Positions 7,864-14,583 of a stretch of DNA of 55,863 nt are shown one piece after another. The DNA is taken from IMG/VR virus record IMGVR_UViG_3300048850_000049, positions 1 through 55,863 of that record; one strand, written 5' to 3'. The notes beneath the pieces were generated by a model that saw only the letters and a list, made by a program, of their open reading frames with translations, was not told the origin of the DNA and made no database searches. A program made the translations under genes and the position numbers. Each line of letters begins with the position of its first letter. Within the stretch, counting starts at the first letter, position 1. The stretch comes from a virus (Duplodnaviria > Heunggongvirae > Uroviricota > Caudoviricetes).

Positions 7864-8838
7864 ATGACCAAGAATTCCAAGAAGAACGCCGCAATCGTCG
7901 CCCCAACAACTGTTGATACACTGCCGGATATGACTTCCTTCTTCAATCAGGCTGCCGAAGCCGTCGTCGAGATGGGTGCTGAAGCCCAGGCACTCGCCGA
8001 GATCGAGGCCCAGGAGGCTCACGACGCCGCTCTCAAGCAGGCTGAGGCCAATGCCCTTGCGGCCGCTGAGAAGGATCGTCCGCTGGAGACCTTCGAAGGC
8101 GAGACCGGTTACTGGACGCAGACGGACGAAGGCCCGGTCTGGACCAAGGTCGAGGCTACTGTCGAAGAGGCCAGCGAAGATCCGGCCGACCTGCCTGTCA
8201 TCGACCATGTGCCCGGCGACCTGAAGGTGATGAAGAACAACTTCACCCTCGAGCAGAAGGAAGAGAAGAAGGGCGAGATCGTGTCCGAGTTCGCCAACCG
8301 CAAGGCGTATGAAGCCTCGCTGCCGGGTCTGTCCTCGAAGATGCTGCCCAATCTCGAAGCCGAGGAGAAGAAGATGGCGACGATCGGCGCTGCAGGTCTG
8401 TTCCTGGCGATGGATGTCGATCCGAACTTCATCAACCGCGAGGTGTCGACCGGTTCACGCTTCAACGTCTACGCCTTCCAGAAGGTCAACGACCTGATCG
8501 TTGCACTCGACGGCGGGTTCATGCAGAACGCCATCAACCGGGCGATCGTGACCTCGCTCTTCAACTTCCGGGACGCAGGCATTCCCTTCACCGGCGTTGC
8601 AGCACTCGCAGCCGCATCCGACAAGGTGAAGGCTGACCGGGCGATCACCAAGCACCTGGTTCGTCACACGGTCTCGGCGAATACGGCGTCTACCCAGAAG
8701 TCCTCGACGATGGTCGCTCTGAAGGCGCTCGGTGTCATCACCAACTCCGGCACGCGTGGTCACGAGGTCTGGACCTTGACCGATACGCCTGCAACGCGCC
8801 GGCTCGAAGAGGTCGTCCGGGGCAAGATTGCAGCCTAA
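7864..8838 (+). CDS. Early protein with an acidic Ala-rich N-terminus and a conserved C-terminal domain (possible wHTH); paralog of 10212..10820
   Basis: AGGAG RBS; strong codon bias; shared motifs listed in findings; ends KIAA. Confidence 0.85.
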   Translation: MTKNSKKNAAIVAPTTVDTLPDMTSFFNQAAEAVVEMGAEAQALAEIEAQEAHDAALKQAEANALAAAEKDRPLETFEGETGYWTQTDEGPVWTKVEATVEEASEDPADLPVIDHVPGDLKVMKNNFTLEQKEEKKGEIVSEFANRKAYEASLPGLSSKMLPNLEAEEKKMATIGAAGLFLAMDVDPNFINREVSTGSRFNVYAFQKVNDLIVALDGGFMQNAINRAIVTSLFNFRDAGIPFTGVAALAAASDKVKADRAITKHLVRHTVSANTASTQKSSTMVALKALGVITNSGTRGHEVWTLTDTPATRRLEEVVRGKIAA

Positions 8839-8860
8839 CAACTGATCTGAGGGGAAGATG

Positions 8861-8890
8861 GGGCAGGCTTGCGAGCTTGCCCTTTCTTTT
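8861..8890 (+). terminator. Rho-independent terminator
   Basis: GGGCAGGCT-tgcg-AGCTTGCCC-TTTCTTTT. Confidence 0.75.
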
Positions 8891-8909
8891 GGACCTGGCT
8901 CAAGGGGAC

Positions 8910-8947
8910 GGGGAACGGCTTAGGATCAAGGGATCCGCGGTCAGGAA
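8910..8947 (+). repeat. 38-bp G-rich repeat, copy 1
   Basis: 34/38 identical to 9755-9792. Confidence 0.8.
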
Positions 8948-9107
8948 CGGGCACGGCCTCATCCGAGGCCCTTCCCCTTCTAGGCCAGGCCCTTCCGGCC
9001 CGCGGCCCTCCTCGGCCAACCGTGGCACACCAGCCAACACCACTATTAACCCGTGAGTGCCATTTGCGATGATTAGTCTCGACAACAGCACAAACGGAGC
9101 AAAGACC

Positions 9108-9251
9108 ATGAAAGACATTTTCAAGAACGACCGGATCCTCTCCCTCATCGACCTGGCCGAAGATATGCTCGGCCTGTTGGCCCTCGTGCTCTTCGTCATC
9201 GCCGTTGCAGCCGTCGGTGCCGCATTCACACCTGAAGCTTTACCTGTATAA
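9108..9251 (+). CDS. Small single-TM protein
   Basis: GGAG RBS; MLGLLALVLFVIAVAAVGAAF. Confidence 0.6.
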   Translation: MKDIFKNDRILSLIDLAEDMLGLLALVLFVIAVAAVGAAFTPEALPV

Positions 9252-9256
9252 GCCTG

Positions 9257-9288
9257 TAGCTAAATAGCTATTTAGCTAATAATCTAAC
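9257..9288. repeat. 8-bp tandem array (parS-like)
   Basis: tagctaaa tagctatt tagctaat aatctaac. Confidence 0.55.
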
Positions 9289-9326
9289 AATGTAAACAGC
9301 AACTTAGCTAGAAACGGAGACTACAA

Positions 9327-9659
9327 ATGTCCTACACGACCGAGATCTTCACGAGCCGTGCAATCAAAGACGCCGCAAACGCCCTCGACGTGCTTCAGGC
9401 TGCACAACAGCACAAACTGCCCGCTGACGCCAAGAAGCACGCCCTGCTCGCCGTCGTCATGAAGGAAGCTGCCGATCGGTTTCAGAAGCTCGCCTCGCAG
9501 CAGTCGTCGCTGTCGCCTGACGAATTCTTCCGTGCAGCCTTCGAGCGTGTGCGTGCAACGCGGGCAGAACAGGCGCTCATCGCCAAGTCGCGCCGTGAAA
9601 AGCGCGAGCGTGACACCGCTGCGCGTGAAATGTTCCTCGCTGATCTCGCCGCAGCGTAA
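9327..9659 (+). CDS. Hypothetical helical early protein
   Basis: GGAG RBS; biased codons; ends DLAAA. Confidence 0.8.
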   Translation: MSYTTEIFTSRAIKDAANALDVLQAAQQHKLPADAKKHALLAVVMKEAADRFQKLASQQSSLSPDEFFRAAFERVRATRAEQALIAKSRREKRERDTAAREMFLADLAAA

Positions 9660-9687
9660 GGCACTCAAGGGCTCATAGCCTAGCGAT

Positions 9688-9720
9688 AGCCGCTACTCAG
9701 CAAGGGTAGCGGCTGTTTGT
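9688..9720 (+). terminator. Rho-independent terminator
   Basis: AGCCGCTAC-tcagcaagg-GTAGCGGCT-GTTTGT. Confidence 0.6.
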
Positions 9721-9754
9721 GGGCTCACTGGGAGGGCACGGACCATGCGGTTTA

Positions 9755-9792
9755 GGGGAACGGCTTAGGGTCAAGGGACTCACGGTCAGGAA
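9755..9792 (+). repeat. 38-bp G-rich repeat, copy 2
   Basis: GGGGAACGGCTTAGGGTCAAGGGACTCACGGTCAGGAA. Confidence 0.8.
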
Positions 9793-9969
9793 AAATCCCT
9801 TAGGGGTCGGGCTCCGCCGAGCGCCCTTCCGGGCAATCGGCTAAAGGGCTGCCCCTCGCCTGGGCTAACCGCGGGGTTCCTTGGCGTGCCGCGGTCAAGC
9901 CTGGTCCGGAGGAATGGGGAAAGGGGTCGTGAGGAACGGGTAGGTAGGGCCTATAGGGGTGTGCGCCTG

Positions 9970-9994
9970 CCCCTACCCCTGCCCCGCGCGCCCC
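9970..9994 (-). other. Four-tract G-quadruplex motif
   Basis: Minus strand reads GGGG-CGCGC-GGGG-CA-GGGG-TA-GGGG. Confidence 0.55.
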
Positions 9995-10164
9995 GCGTCA
10001 TGCGCTTGCGCAGTCTCGATAGTGCTTCGGATATATGCTCATTCGCTCATAGAGCGTCACAGACGCGTTTTCACGTCATTTGCGAGTATCGCGTGCTCAT
10101 CGCTCTATACGCTTGCCAGCGACTCTTAAAATCGATTGTCTCAAATAGCATTCTGACAAACAGC

Positions 10165-10189
10165 AAAAAGCGCTCATATAGAGCGCTTT
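10165..10189 (-). terminator. Terminator of 10212..10820; its stem contains no GG or CC
   Basis: Minus strand AAAGCGCTC-tatat-GAGCGCTTT-TTG. Confidence 0.7.
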
Positions 10190-10211
10190 CTGTTTTCGGT
10201 GTTTGCAGTGA

Positions 10212-10820
10212 TTATGCTGCAATCTCGCTTTCTTCGCTTTCGCTTTCTTCATCGCTTTCAACTTCGATCATCTCGCAATCGATTGCGAAAGCAGCGCACA
10301 ACGCTTGCGCAAGCGATGTTAGCGTGACGTTGTAAGCGTTCTTGATGTCATGACGTGCATTGATGATATTGAGCGTTACAAGCGCGTCACGTGACGTTTG
10401 CGACTGTGCTGCAATCGTTTCAGCTGTTTGAATGATGTTGCGCTGAAAAACTACATGCTTGACGCTTTCGTCTACTTTCGTGTCACGCGAGATTGACGCT
10501 TCGATCATCGCTTGCGTCAACACTACGTCATGACGATAGCAATTGATTGCAGTTCTGAAAATCGCATATGTGTTTTCGTTCAAGTCTTTCGCGTTGAGCG
10601 CTACTGCTTGCGAAGCAAACTTGACTACTTTCTCACATGCATACATTGCACGTGTAAAGCGAGATGCGTCGACGCTTGCGTCACTTAGCAATGCTGCAAG
10701 CTTATCGTTCGCAAGCATAGTGCGAAGCTTTAGCATCTTCTTTTCATTAGATGCACTGCAATCGTTCTTCTTAGCTTCATCAAGACGTGCAGTCATTGCA
10801 GTGAAATAAACATTAGACAT
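10212..10820 (-). CDS. GG/CC-free gene; 202-aa protein without Gly, Pro or Trp; paralog of 7864..8838
   Basis: Has its own promoter, RBS (AGAAGAAAGAG) and terminator; motif homology to 7864..8838; ends EIAA. Confidence 0.85.
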   Translation of the reverse strand: MSNVYFTAMTARLDEAKKNDCSASNEKKMLKLRTMLANDKLAALLSDASVDASRFTRAMYACEKVVKFASQAVALNAKDLNENTYAIFRTAINCYRHDVVLTQAMIEASISRDTKVDESVKHVVFQRNIIQTAETIAAQSQTSRDALVTLNIINARHDIKNAYNVTLTSLAQALCAAFAIDCEMIEVESDEESESEESEIAA

Positions 10821-10895
10821 TTTGATATCTCTTTCTTCTAGCGTTAATGAGCGTTGCTTGCTCGACTTCGAAACGACTGCTTTCTGCGTTGTTCG

Positions 10896-10938
10896 TTTCG
10901 ATGTTTAGACTTTAGTGGAAGTCTTAGAACGTGTCGAA
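10896..10938 (-). promoter_or_regulatory. Promoter of the GG/CC-free gene
   Basis: TTCGAC-N18-TAAAGT, then CTAAACATCGAAA as at 7801-7815. Confidence 0.6.
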
Positions 10939-10998
10939 TGATCTGATGGGGATGCCTTCTGTGCGCCGACCACTCCGGTCAACCTAACCTCCCATGCC

Positions 10999-11038
10999 TA
11001 GCCAAGTAGCCACTTAGACATCTAGCCAGGTATCCATT
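10999..11038. repeat. 8-bp tandem array (parS-like)
   Basis: tagccaag tagccact tagacatc tagccagg tatccatt. Confidence 0.6.
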
Positions 11039-11099
11039 TCCGGTAAGTGCCCTCCCCTACCCCGACCAGCGTTGACGCTTGATCCTATCCTCCCATGGA

Positions 11100-11131
11100 T
11101 AGCTCTTTAGCCATTTAGATGCCTAGCTGAA
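11100..11131. repeat. 8-bp tandem array (parS-like)
   Basis: tagctctt tagccatt tagatgcc tagctgaa. Confidence 0.55.
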
Positions 11132-11133
11132 CA

Positions 11134-11151
11134 TAAGTAAGCATTTACTTA
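11134..11151. promoter_or_regulatory. 18-bp palindromic operator upstream of the tRNA operon
   Basis: TAAGTAA-gcat-TTACTTA. Confidence 0.85.
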
Positions 11152-11179
11152 TTTCCCTGAGGATGGTAGGAAGGAAATA

Positions 11180-11255
11180 CGCGAGATAGCTCAGATGGTA
11201 GAGCGGCGGGCTCATAACCCGCATGTCGTTGGTTCAAGTCCAGCTCTCGCCACCA
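11180..11255 (+). tRNA. tRNA-Met(CAU), initiator-type, encoded CCA
   Basis: 76-nt cloverleaf; C1xC72 mismatch, G2:C71, C3:G70, A73; GGG:CCC in the anticodon stem; TTCAA T-loop. Confidence 0.93.
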
Positions 11256-11278
11256 ATTGAAGCAGGACCGGAGTTTTC

Positions 11279-11713
11279 ATGTCCCATAACCCCTACAAGG
11301 CTCTCGTCTGCAAGGGTTCCCTTGCCCTCAACAGTGGCTGCGGACGCTGCGAGCGCTGCAAGGAAGAGCAGGCAGAGCTTGCCGAGAAGTCCGATGTTCA
11401 CCAGATTTCCGCGCTGAGCGCCAACATGGGCTCGATTGCCGTCGGTCAGCAGGATCTGTTCGACAAGGTTTCTCACCTTGGCCTGCCTGTCGCCGGCTAC
11501 AAGAAGGTTCAGCCGCCTCACCTGGTTGCCCTGGTCAACGAGAACAAGGTTCTGGAAGAGAAGATCCTTCGCCAGATCGATAAGCATGTCACCTTCGGCC
11601 CGGAGCTTGACCAGCGTGCCGTCGCCCTTGCCCGAACCGCGATTCAGGAAGCCTTCATGTGGCTCAACCGCGGCGTATTCCAGCCTTCTCGTCTCGATGG
11701 AGACCTCGAATGA
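11279..11713 (+). CDS. Acb2/Tad1-like nucleotide-sponge domain with an N-terminal Cys-rich extension
   Basis: GYKK..LVNENKVLEEKILRQID..DQRAVALARTAIQEAFMWLNRGVFQP; N-terminal CKGS....GCGRCERC. Confidence 0.65.
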   Translation: MSHNPYKALVCKGSLALNSGCGRCERCKEEQAELAEKSDVHQISALSANMGSIAVGQQDLFDKVSHLGLPVAGYKKVQPPHLVALVNENKVLEEKILRQIDKHVTFGPELDQRAVALARTAIQEAFMWLNRGVFQPSRLDGDLE

Positions 11714-12156
11714 GCGTCGTCGTCTATTCCGACGGCGTAATGGTCGCAGATAGCCGTGCTTACTCGGGTTCAACGCATCCTATTGGCAGCAAGATGAAGA
11801 TTCATCGGCTCGATGACGGTTCGCTTCTGGGCGTCACGTCCAACCAGGTCGGTTTGCCGGAAGCCTTCAGGATGTGGATCGAGAATGGAGCCGATCGCGA
11901 AGACATCGTGCCTAATGAGCCTTCCTTCGAGGCGCTCCACGTTCTTAAGGATGGCAGTGTCTACCTCTACGAGGACGGTTACACGCCCTCCGGACCCTTG
12001 GTCGGGCAGCATTTCGCCATCGGTTCGGGCAAGAAGTATGCCTATGGCGCTCTTTTGGCCGGGGTTTCCGTGGTTAAGTCCGTCGAGGTCGCCATTGAGG
12101 CCGATCTCTTCTGCGGCGGGCCGATCTCCAAGCTCTCTCTTTCCGACAATGAATAG
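11710..12156 (+). CDS. Proteasome/HslV-like Ntn-hydrolase
   Basis: (M)SVVVYSDGVMVADSR, KIHRL, FAIGSG. Confidence 0.65.
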   Translation: MSVVVYSDGVMVADSRAYSGSTHPIGSKMKIHRLDDGSLLGVTSNQVGLPEAFRMWIENGADREDIVPNEPSFEALHVLKDGSVYLYEDGYTPSGPLVGQHFAIGSGKKYAYGALLAGVSVVKSVEVAIEADLFCGGPISKLSLSDNE

Positions 12157-12201
12157 CTATCCAGCCACTTAGCCATTTAGACACATAGCCAGAAAGCCAG
12201 A
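12154..12201. repeat. 8-bp tandem array, 6 units (parS-like)
   Basis: tagctatc cagccact tagccatt tagacaca tagccaga aagccaga. Confidence 0.65.
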
Positions 12202-12205
12202 TAAA

Positions 12206-12424
12206 ATGACCTATAGCTTCAAGCACCGCCTCTACGAGACTCTCCATCTTTCGATCGTCTTTATCGCGGTCGCCGTGGTTATCATGTTCGGAGCGGTAAT
12301 CATCCCGCTTGCCATGCTTGTGTTCTTCGGCTCGATCTTCGTGCTCTGGGCGGTTCTCAACTCGGTCTACTGGATCAAGCGCTTCATTGCCATCTTCCGG
12401 CGCTACTGGCGCGAATTCTTCTAA
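12206..12424 (+). CDS. Small membrane protein
   Basis: Long hydrophobic hairpin with a basic C-terminus. Confidence 0.65.
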   Translation: MTYSFKHRLYETLHLSIVFIAVAVVIMFGAVIIPLAMLVFFGSIFVLWAVLNSVYWIKRFIAIFRRYWREFF

Positions 12425-12430
12425 ACGACG

Positions 12431-12460
12431 AAGGCCCGGTCAAACCCGGGCCTTTTTCTT
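12431..12460. terminator. Terminator between convergent genes
   Basis: AAGGCCCGG-tcaaac-CCGGGCCTT-TTTCTT. Confidence 0.75.
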
Positions 12461-12499
12461 AGCTCTATGGCTGAATAGCCACATGGATGAATAGCTATT
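12460..12499. repeat. 8-bp tandem array at the 3' end of the par operon (parS-like)
   Basis: tagctcta tggctgaa tagccaca tggatgaa tagctatt. Confidence 0.6.
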
Positions 12500-12752
12500 T
12501 GGCTTTTTGCTCACGTTTCCAGGCTTCGAAGCAGGCGGCCAACAGTTCGTGCATCGAGACCCGGTTGATCGTGGCTGCCATCTTGAATTCGTGGTGCCAG
12601 TCCTGCGGCATGTTGAAGGTCATGCCAATATGGGTCTTGGTCTTCATGTTGTCGGCCGCATCAACCTTTGTCGGGGCCATTGTCTGCGGCAGGAATGTGC
12701 TGCCTTTCTTCGGAGGAGGCGCGACCGAGGCCCGTGTTTTCTGCTCAGTCAT
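12495..12752 (-). CDS. Ribbon-helix-helix centromere-binding protein (type Ib, ParG-like)
   Basis: Flexible N-terminus, then MTFNMPQDWHHEFKMAATINRVSMHELL; directly downstream of parA. Confidence 0.75.
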   Translation of the reverse strand: MTEQKTRASVAPPPKKGSTFLPQTMAPTKVDAADNMKTKTHIGMTFNMPQDWHHEFKMAATINRVSMHELLAACFEAWKREQKAK

Positions 12753-13396
12753 GCCGCTTCTCCCATTTCATTGATCATTTCCACGATCTCGGCCGCGACC
12801 AGATCGGCAATCTCTTCCAGCCGCGCCGTATTCAGACCCTGGACCTCTGACAGGGCGTATCCGTGGTTCTGGGACTTCTGGTAGCTGTGTTTAAGTTCGA
12901 TATTCTGCCTAGCCACGCGGAATTCGCTTAGGAACTCCCGCGCTTCGTTGACCGCAAGCTTGCTGTCGGTGATCTTGGTCAGGACGAAAATGATCCGGTT
13001 CTGCCGGACACCTTTGGCGACGAGCTCCTTGGCAAACGCCAGCTGCGGCGCCAGATCGTCCAGGGAAAGCCCCGTCGGAACGACAACCAGGTCCGATGCA
13101 AGGGCGATATCGAGCGATGTCTGGTCAGAGTCAGGCTTACCGTCAGCCACAACCAGGTTCACACGCTCACGTTTGAGTGCTGAGGGTTGGGTAAATGGCT
13201 GGGCAGCGATCGCCGGCTCGATGTTATTCGCCGCACGCATTTCGGCCCAATTGCTCGATGTAAGCTGGGTTGTGTTGAAGTCGGCGATCTTAACTGTCCA
13301 ACCGCTGACAGCGTAGGTTCTGGCGATCAGGCGGGCGAGGGTGGATTTGCCAACCCCGCCTTTCTGGGACAGACAGGAGATGATCAGATCAGCCAT
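12749..13396 (-). CDS. parA: ParA partition ATPase (short, type Ib)
   Basis: Deviant Walker A KGGVGKST; ADFNTTQ; VVADG; VVVPTG...DL. Confidence 0.9.
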   Translation of the reverse strand: MADLIISCLSQKGGVGKSTLARLIARTYAVSGWTVKIADFNTTQLTSSNWAEMRAANNIEPAIAAQPFTQPSALKRERVNLVVADGKPDSDQTSLDIALASDLVVVPTGLSLDDLAPQLAFAKELVAKGVRQNRIIFVLTKITDSKLAVNEAREFLSEFRVARQNIELKHSYQKSQNHGYALSEVQGLNTARLEEIADLVAAEIVEMINEMGEAA

Positions 13397-13397
13397 G

Positions 13398-13445
13398 TAT
13401 CTATTTCCCTAAATAGCTATTTGTGGAACTAGATAATTGGCTACC
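13398..13445 (-). repeat. 8-bp array over the parA promoter (autoregulation or parS)
   Basis: Minus strand tagccaat tatctagt tccacaaa tagctatt tagggaaa tagataca. Confidence 0.5.
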
Positions 13446-13464
13446 TGATTCAGGTTAACAGAGT

Positions 13465-13926
13465 CTATAGACCGAAGATGCCATCCATTCTCTTTTCGTC
13501 CATTCGGCGCATCATTTCCTCGCGATCGGGCTCGCTGTCGGCCGGAGTAAACCAGTCCATGTCGAAGATCCGGTCAAGGAGATCGACATCGACCACGATC
13601 ACATTCCACGAATAGGTCGTGGTGCAGAGGTTATTATTCTCGGTTTTCTCGACAGTCGCCGGGTCGACCTTGTTCAAACGCAAAATATGGGCCACGGCAT
13701 CCGGACCGCCCATGCAGGCCTCACGATCCTCGATAGAAACTGCCCGCTTGCCCATCCTAAGCACCAGGCGCTCAACCGTCGGGAAGGGGCAGGGCGTCGA
13801 GGCATCCAGTCGAGCAGAAAATGAGGGAAGCGGATCGTCCATGATGTTAACGACGATTTCGCGTGCGCCGGGGCGAGGGGAGAGATTTGCCTCTCCCACA
13901 ATCCGGTTTTTCAACCAGACCTGCAT
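13465..13926 (-). CDS. Hypothetical protein
   Basis: Start overlaps the stop of the kinase gene. Confidence 0.65.
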   Translation of the reverse strand: MQVWLKNRIVGEANLSPRPGAREIVVNIMDDPLPSFSARLDASTPCPFPTVERLVLRMGKRAVSIEDREACMGGPDAVAHILRLNKVDPATVEKTENNNLCTTTYSWNVIVVDVDLLDRIFDMDWFTPADSEPDREEMMRRMDEKRMDGIFGL

Positions 13927-14477
13927 CAGTCGTGGCTTTCGATCGCAAGAACGAGCTTGGATGCGAGATCCTTGCGCGCTTCTTCCGGCGACAGACCGCG
14001 CGCCAGGCCGTCATTCTGGATTACCGCGTGAGCGTGCTTCTCGTTGTAGGTGTCGAACTCATACCGGGATTCACCAGCAAGAGGATTACGGATCTCAAGA
14101 ACCAGCGCGCCCTGGTTGCGCCAGTAGAGGCCCTGTTCACGCCGAACGGATCCAAAGACCGACAAAGCACCCTTCGGCCGGGCGTTGTGGCTCATGATCG
14201 GGATGATGTCGCCACCGAACTTTTCTTCGAAAGCGTTGCCGATCTCGCCGAGGATTTCGCGCACCGTCCATTCACGACCGTTGATGACGACCGTTTCGAG
14301 CTTGCCTTCCTGGGTGAAGACCTGATCGTGGGTGAGGCCGAAGTAATCGATGGCGATCATGCGCAGCGGCCGGCCGTCGTCGGCTACTTCGTGGCCGTAG
14401 ATTTCATGGATAATTTCCGAGGCAATGGTCTTGCCGGAAGTGGGATTGCCGCAAAGGGCGATGATCTTCGGGGGCAT
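13926..14477 (-). CDS. Deoxynucleoside monophosphate kinase
   Basis: IIALCGNPTSGKT P-loop; PLRMIA; VREILGEIG; VRREQ. Confidence 0.8.
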   Translation of the reverse strand: MPPKIIALCGNPTSGKTIASEIIHEIYGHEVADDGRPLRMIAIDYFGLTHDQVFTQEGKLETVVINGREWTVREILGEIGNAFEEKFGGDIIPIMSHNARPKGALSVFGSVRREQGLYWRNQGALVLEIRNPLAGESRYEFDTYNEKHAHAVIQNDGLARGLSPEEARKDLASKLVLAIESHD

Positions 14478-14489
14478 ATAGACTCCTGT

Positions 14490-14507
14490 TAAGTAATTAC
14501 TTACTTA
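14490..14507. promoter_or_regulatory. 18-bp palindromic operator
   Basis: TAAGTAA-ttac-TTACTTA. Confidence 0.85.
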
Positions 14508-14543
14508 CAGGTTATAGCGAGATCATCGGGTCGAGCGCATAAA

Positions 14544-14583
14544 TAGCTGGATAGGTATCCAGCTACTTAGCTATTTATCTACG
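14544..14583. repeat. 8-bp tandem array (parS-like)
   Basis: tagctgga taggtatc cagctact tagctatt tatctacg. Confidence 0.55.

Noticed and set aside
9886-10809. Plus-strand ORFs 9886..10335 and 10543..10809
   Set aside because: Antisense shadows kept open by the unusual composition. The minus-strand ORF has the promoter, RBS, terminator and a paralog.
10200-10916. GG/CC desert as ordinary restriction-site avoidance or low GC
   Set aside because: The segment keeps many palindromes (GATC, GCGC, CGCG, ACGT, AGCT, TGCA, TCGA, CATG) and is about 40-50% GC; only the homodinucleotides GG/CC are missing.
11180-11255. tRNA as an integration (att) site
   Set aside because: Phage genes flank both sides, it is preceded by the phage operator, and I found no duplicated 3' end or integrase.
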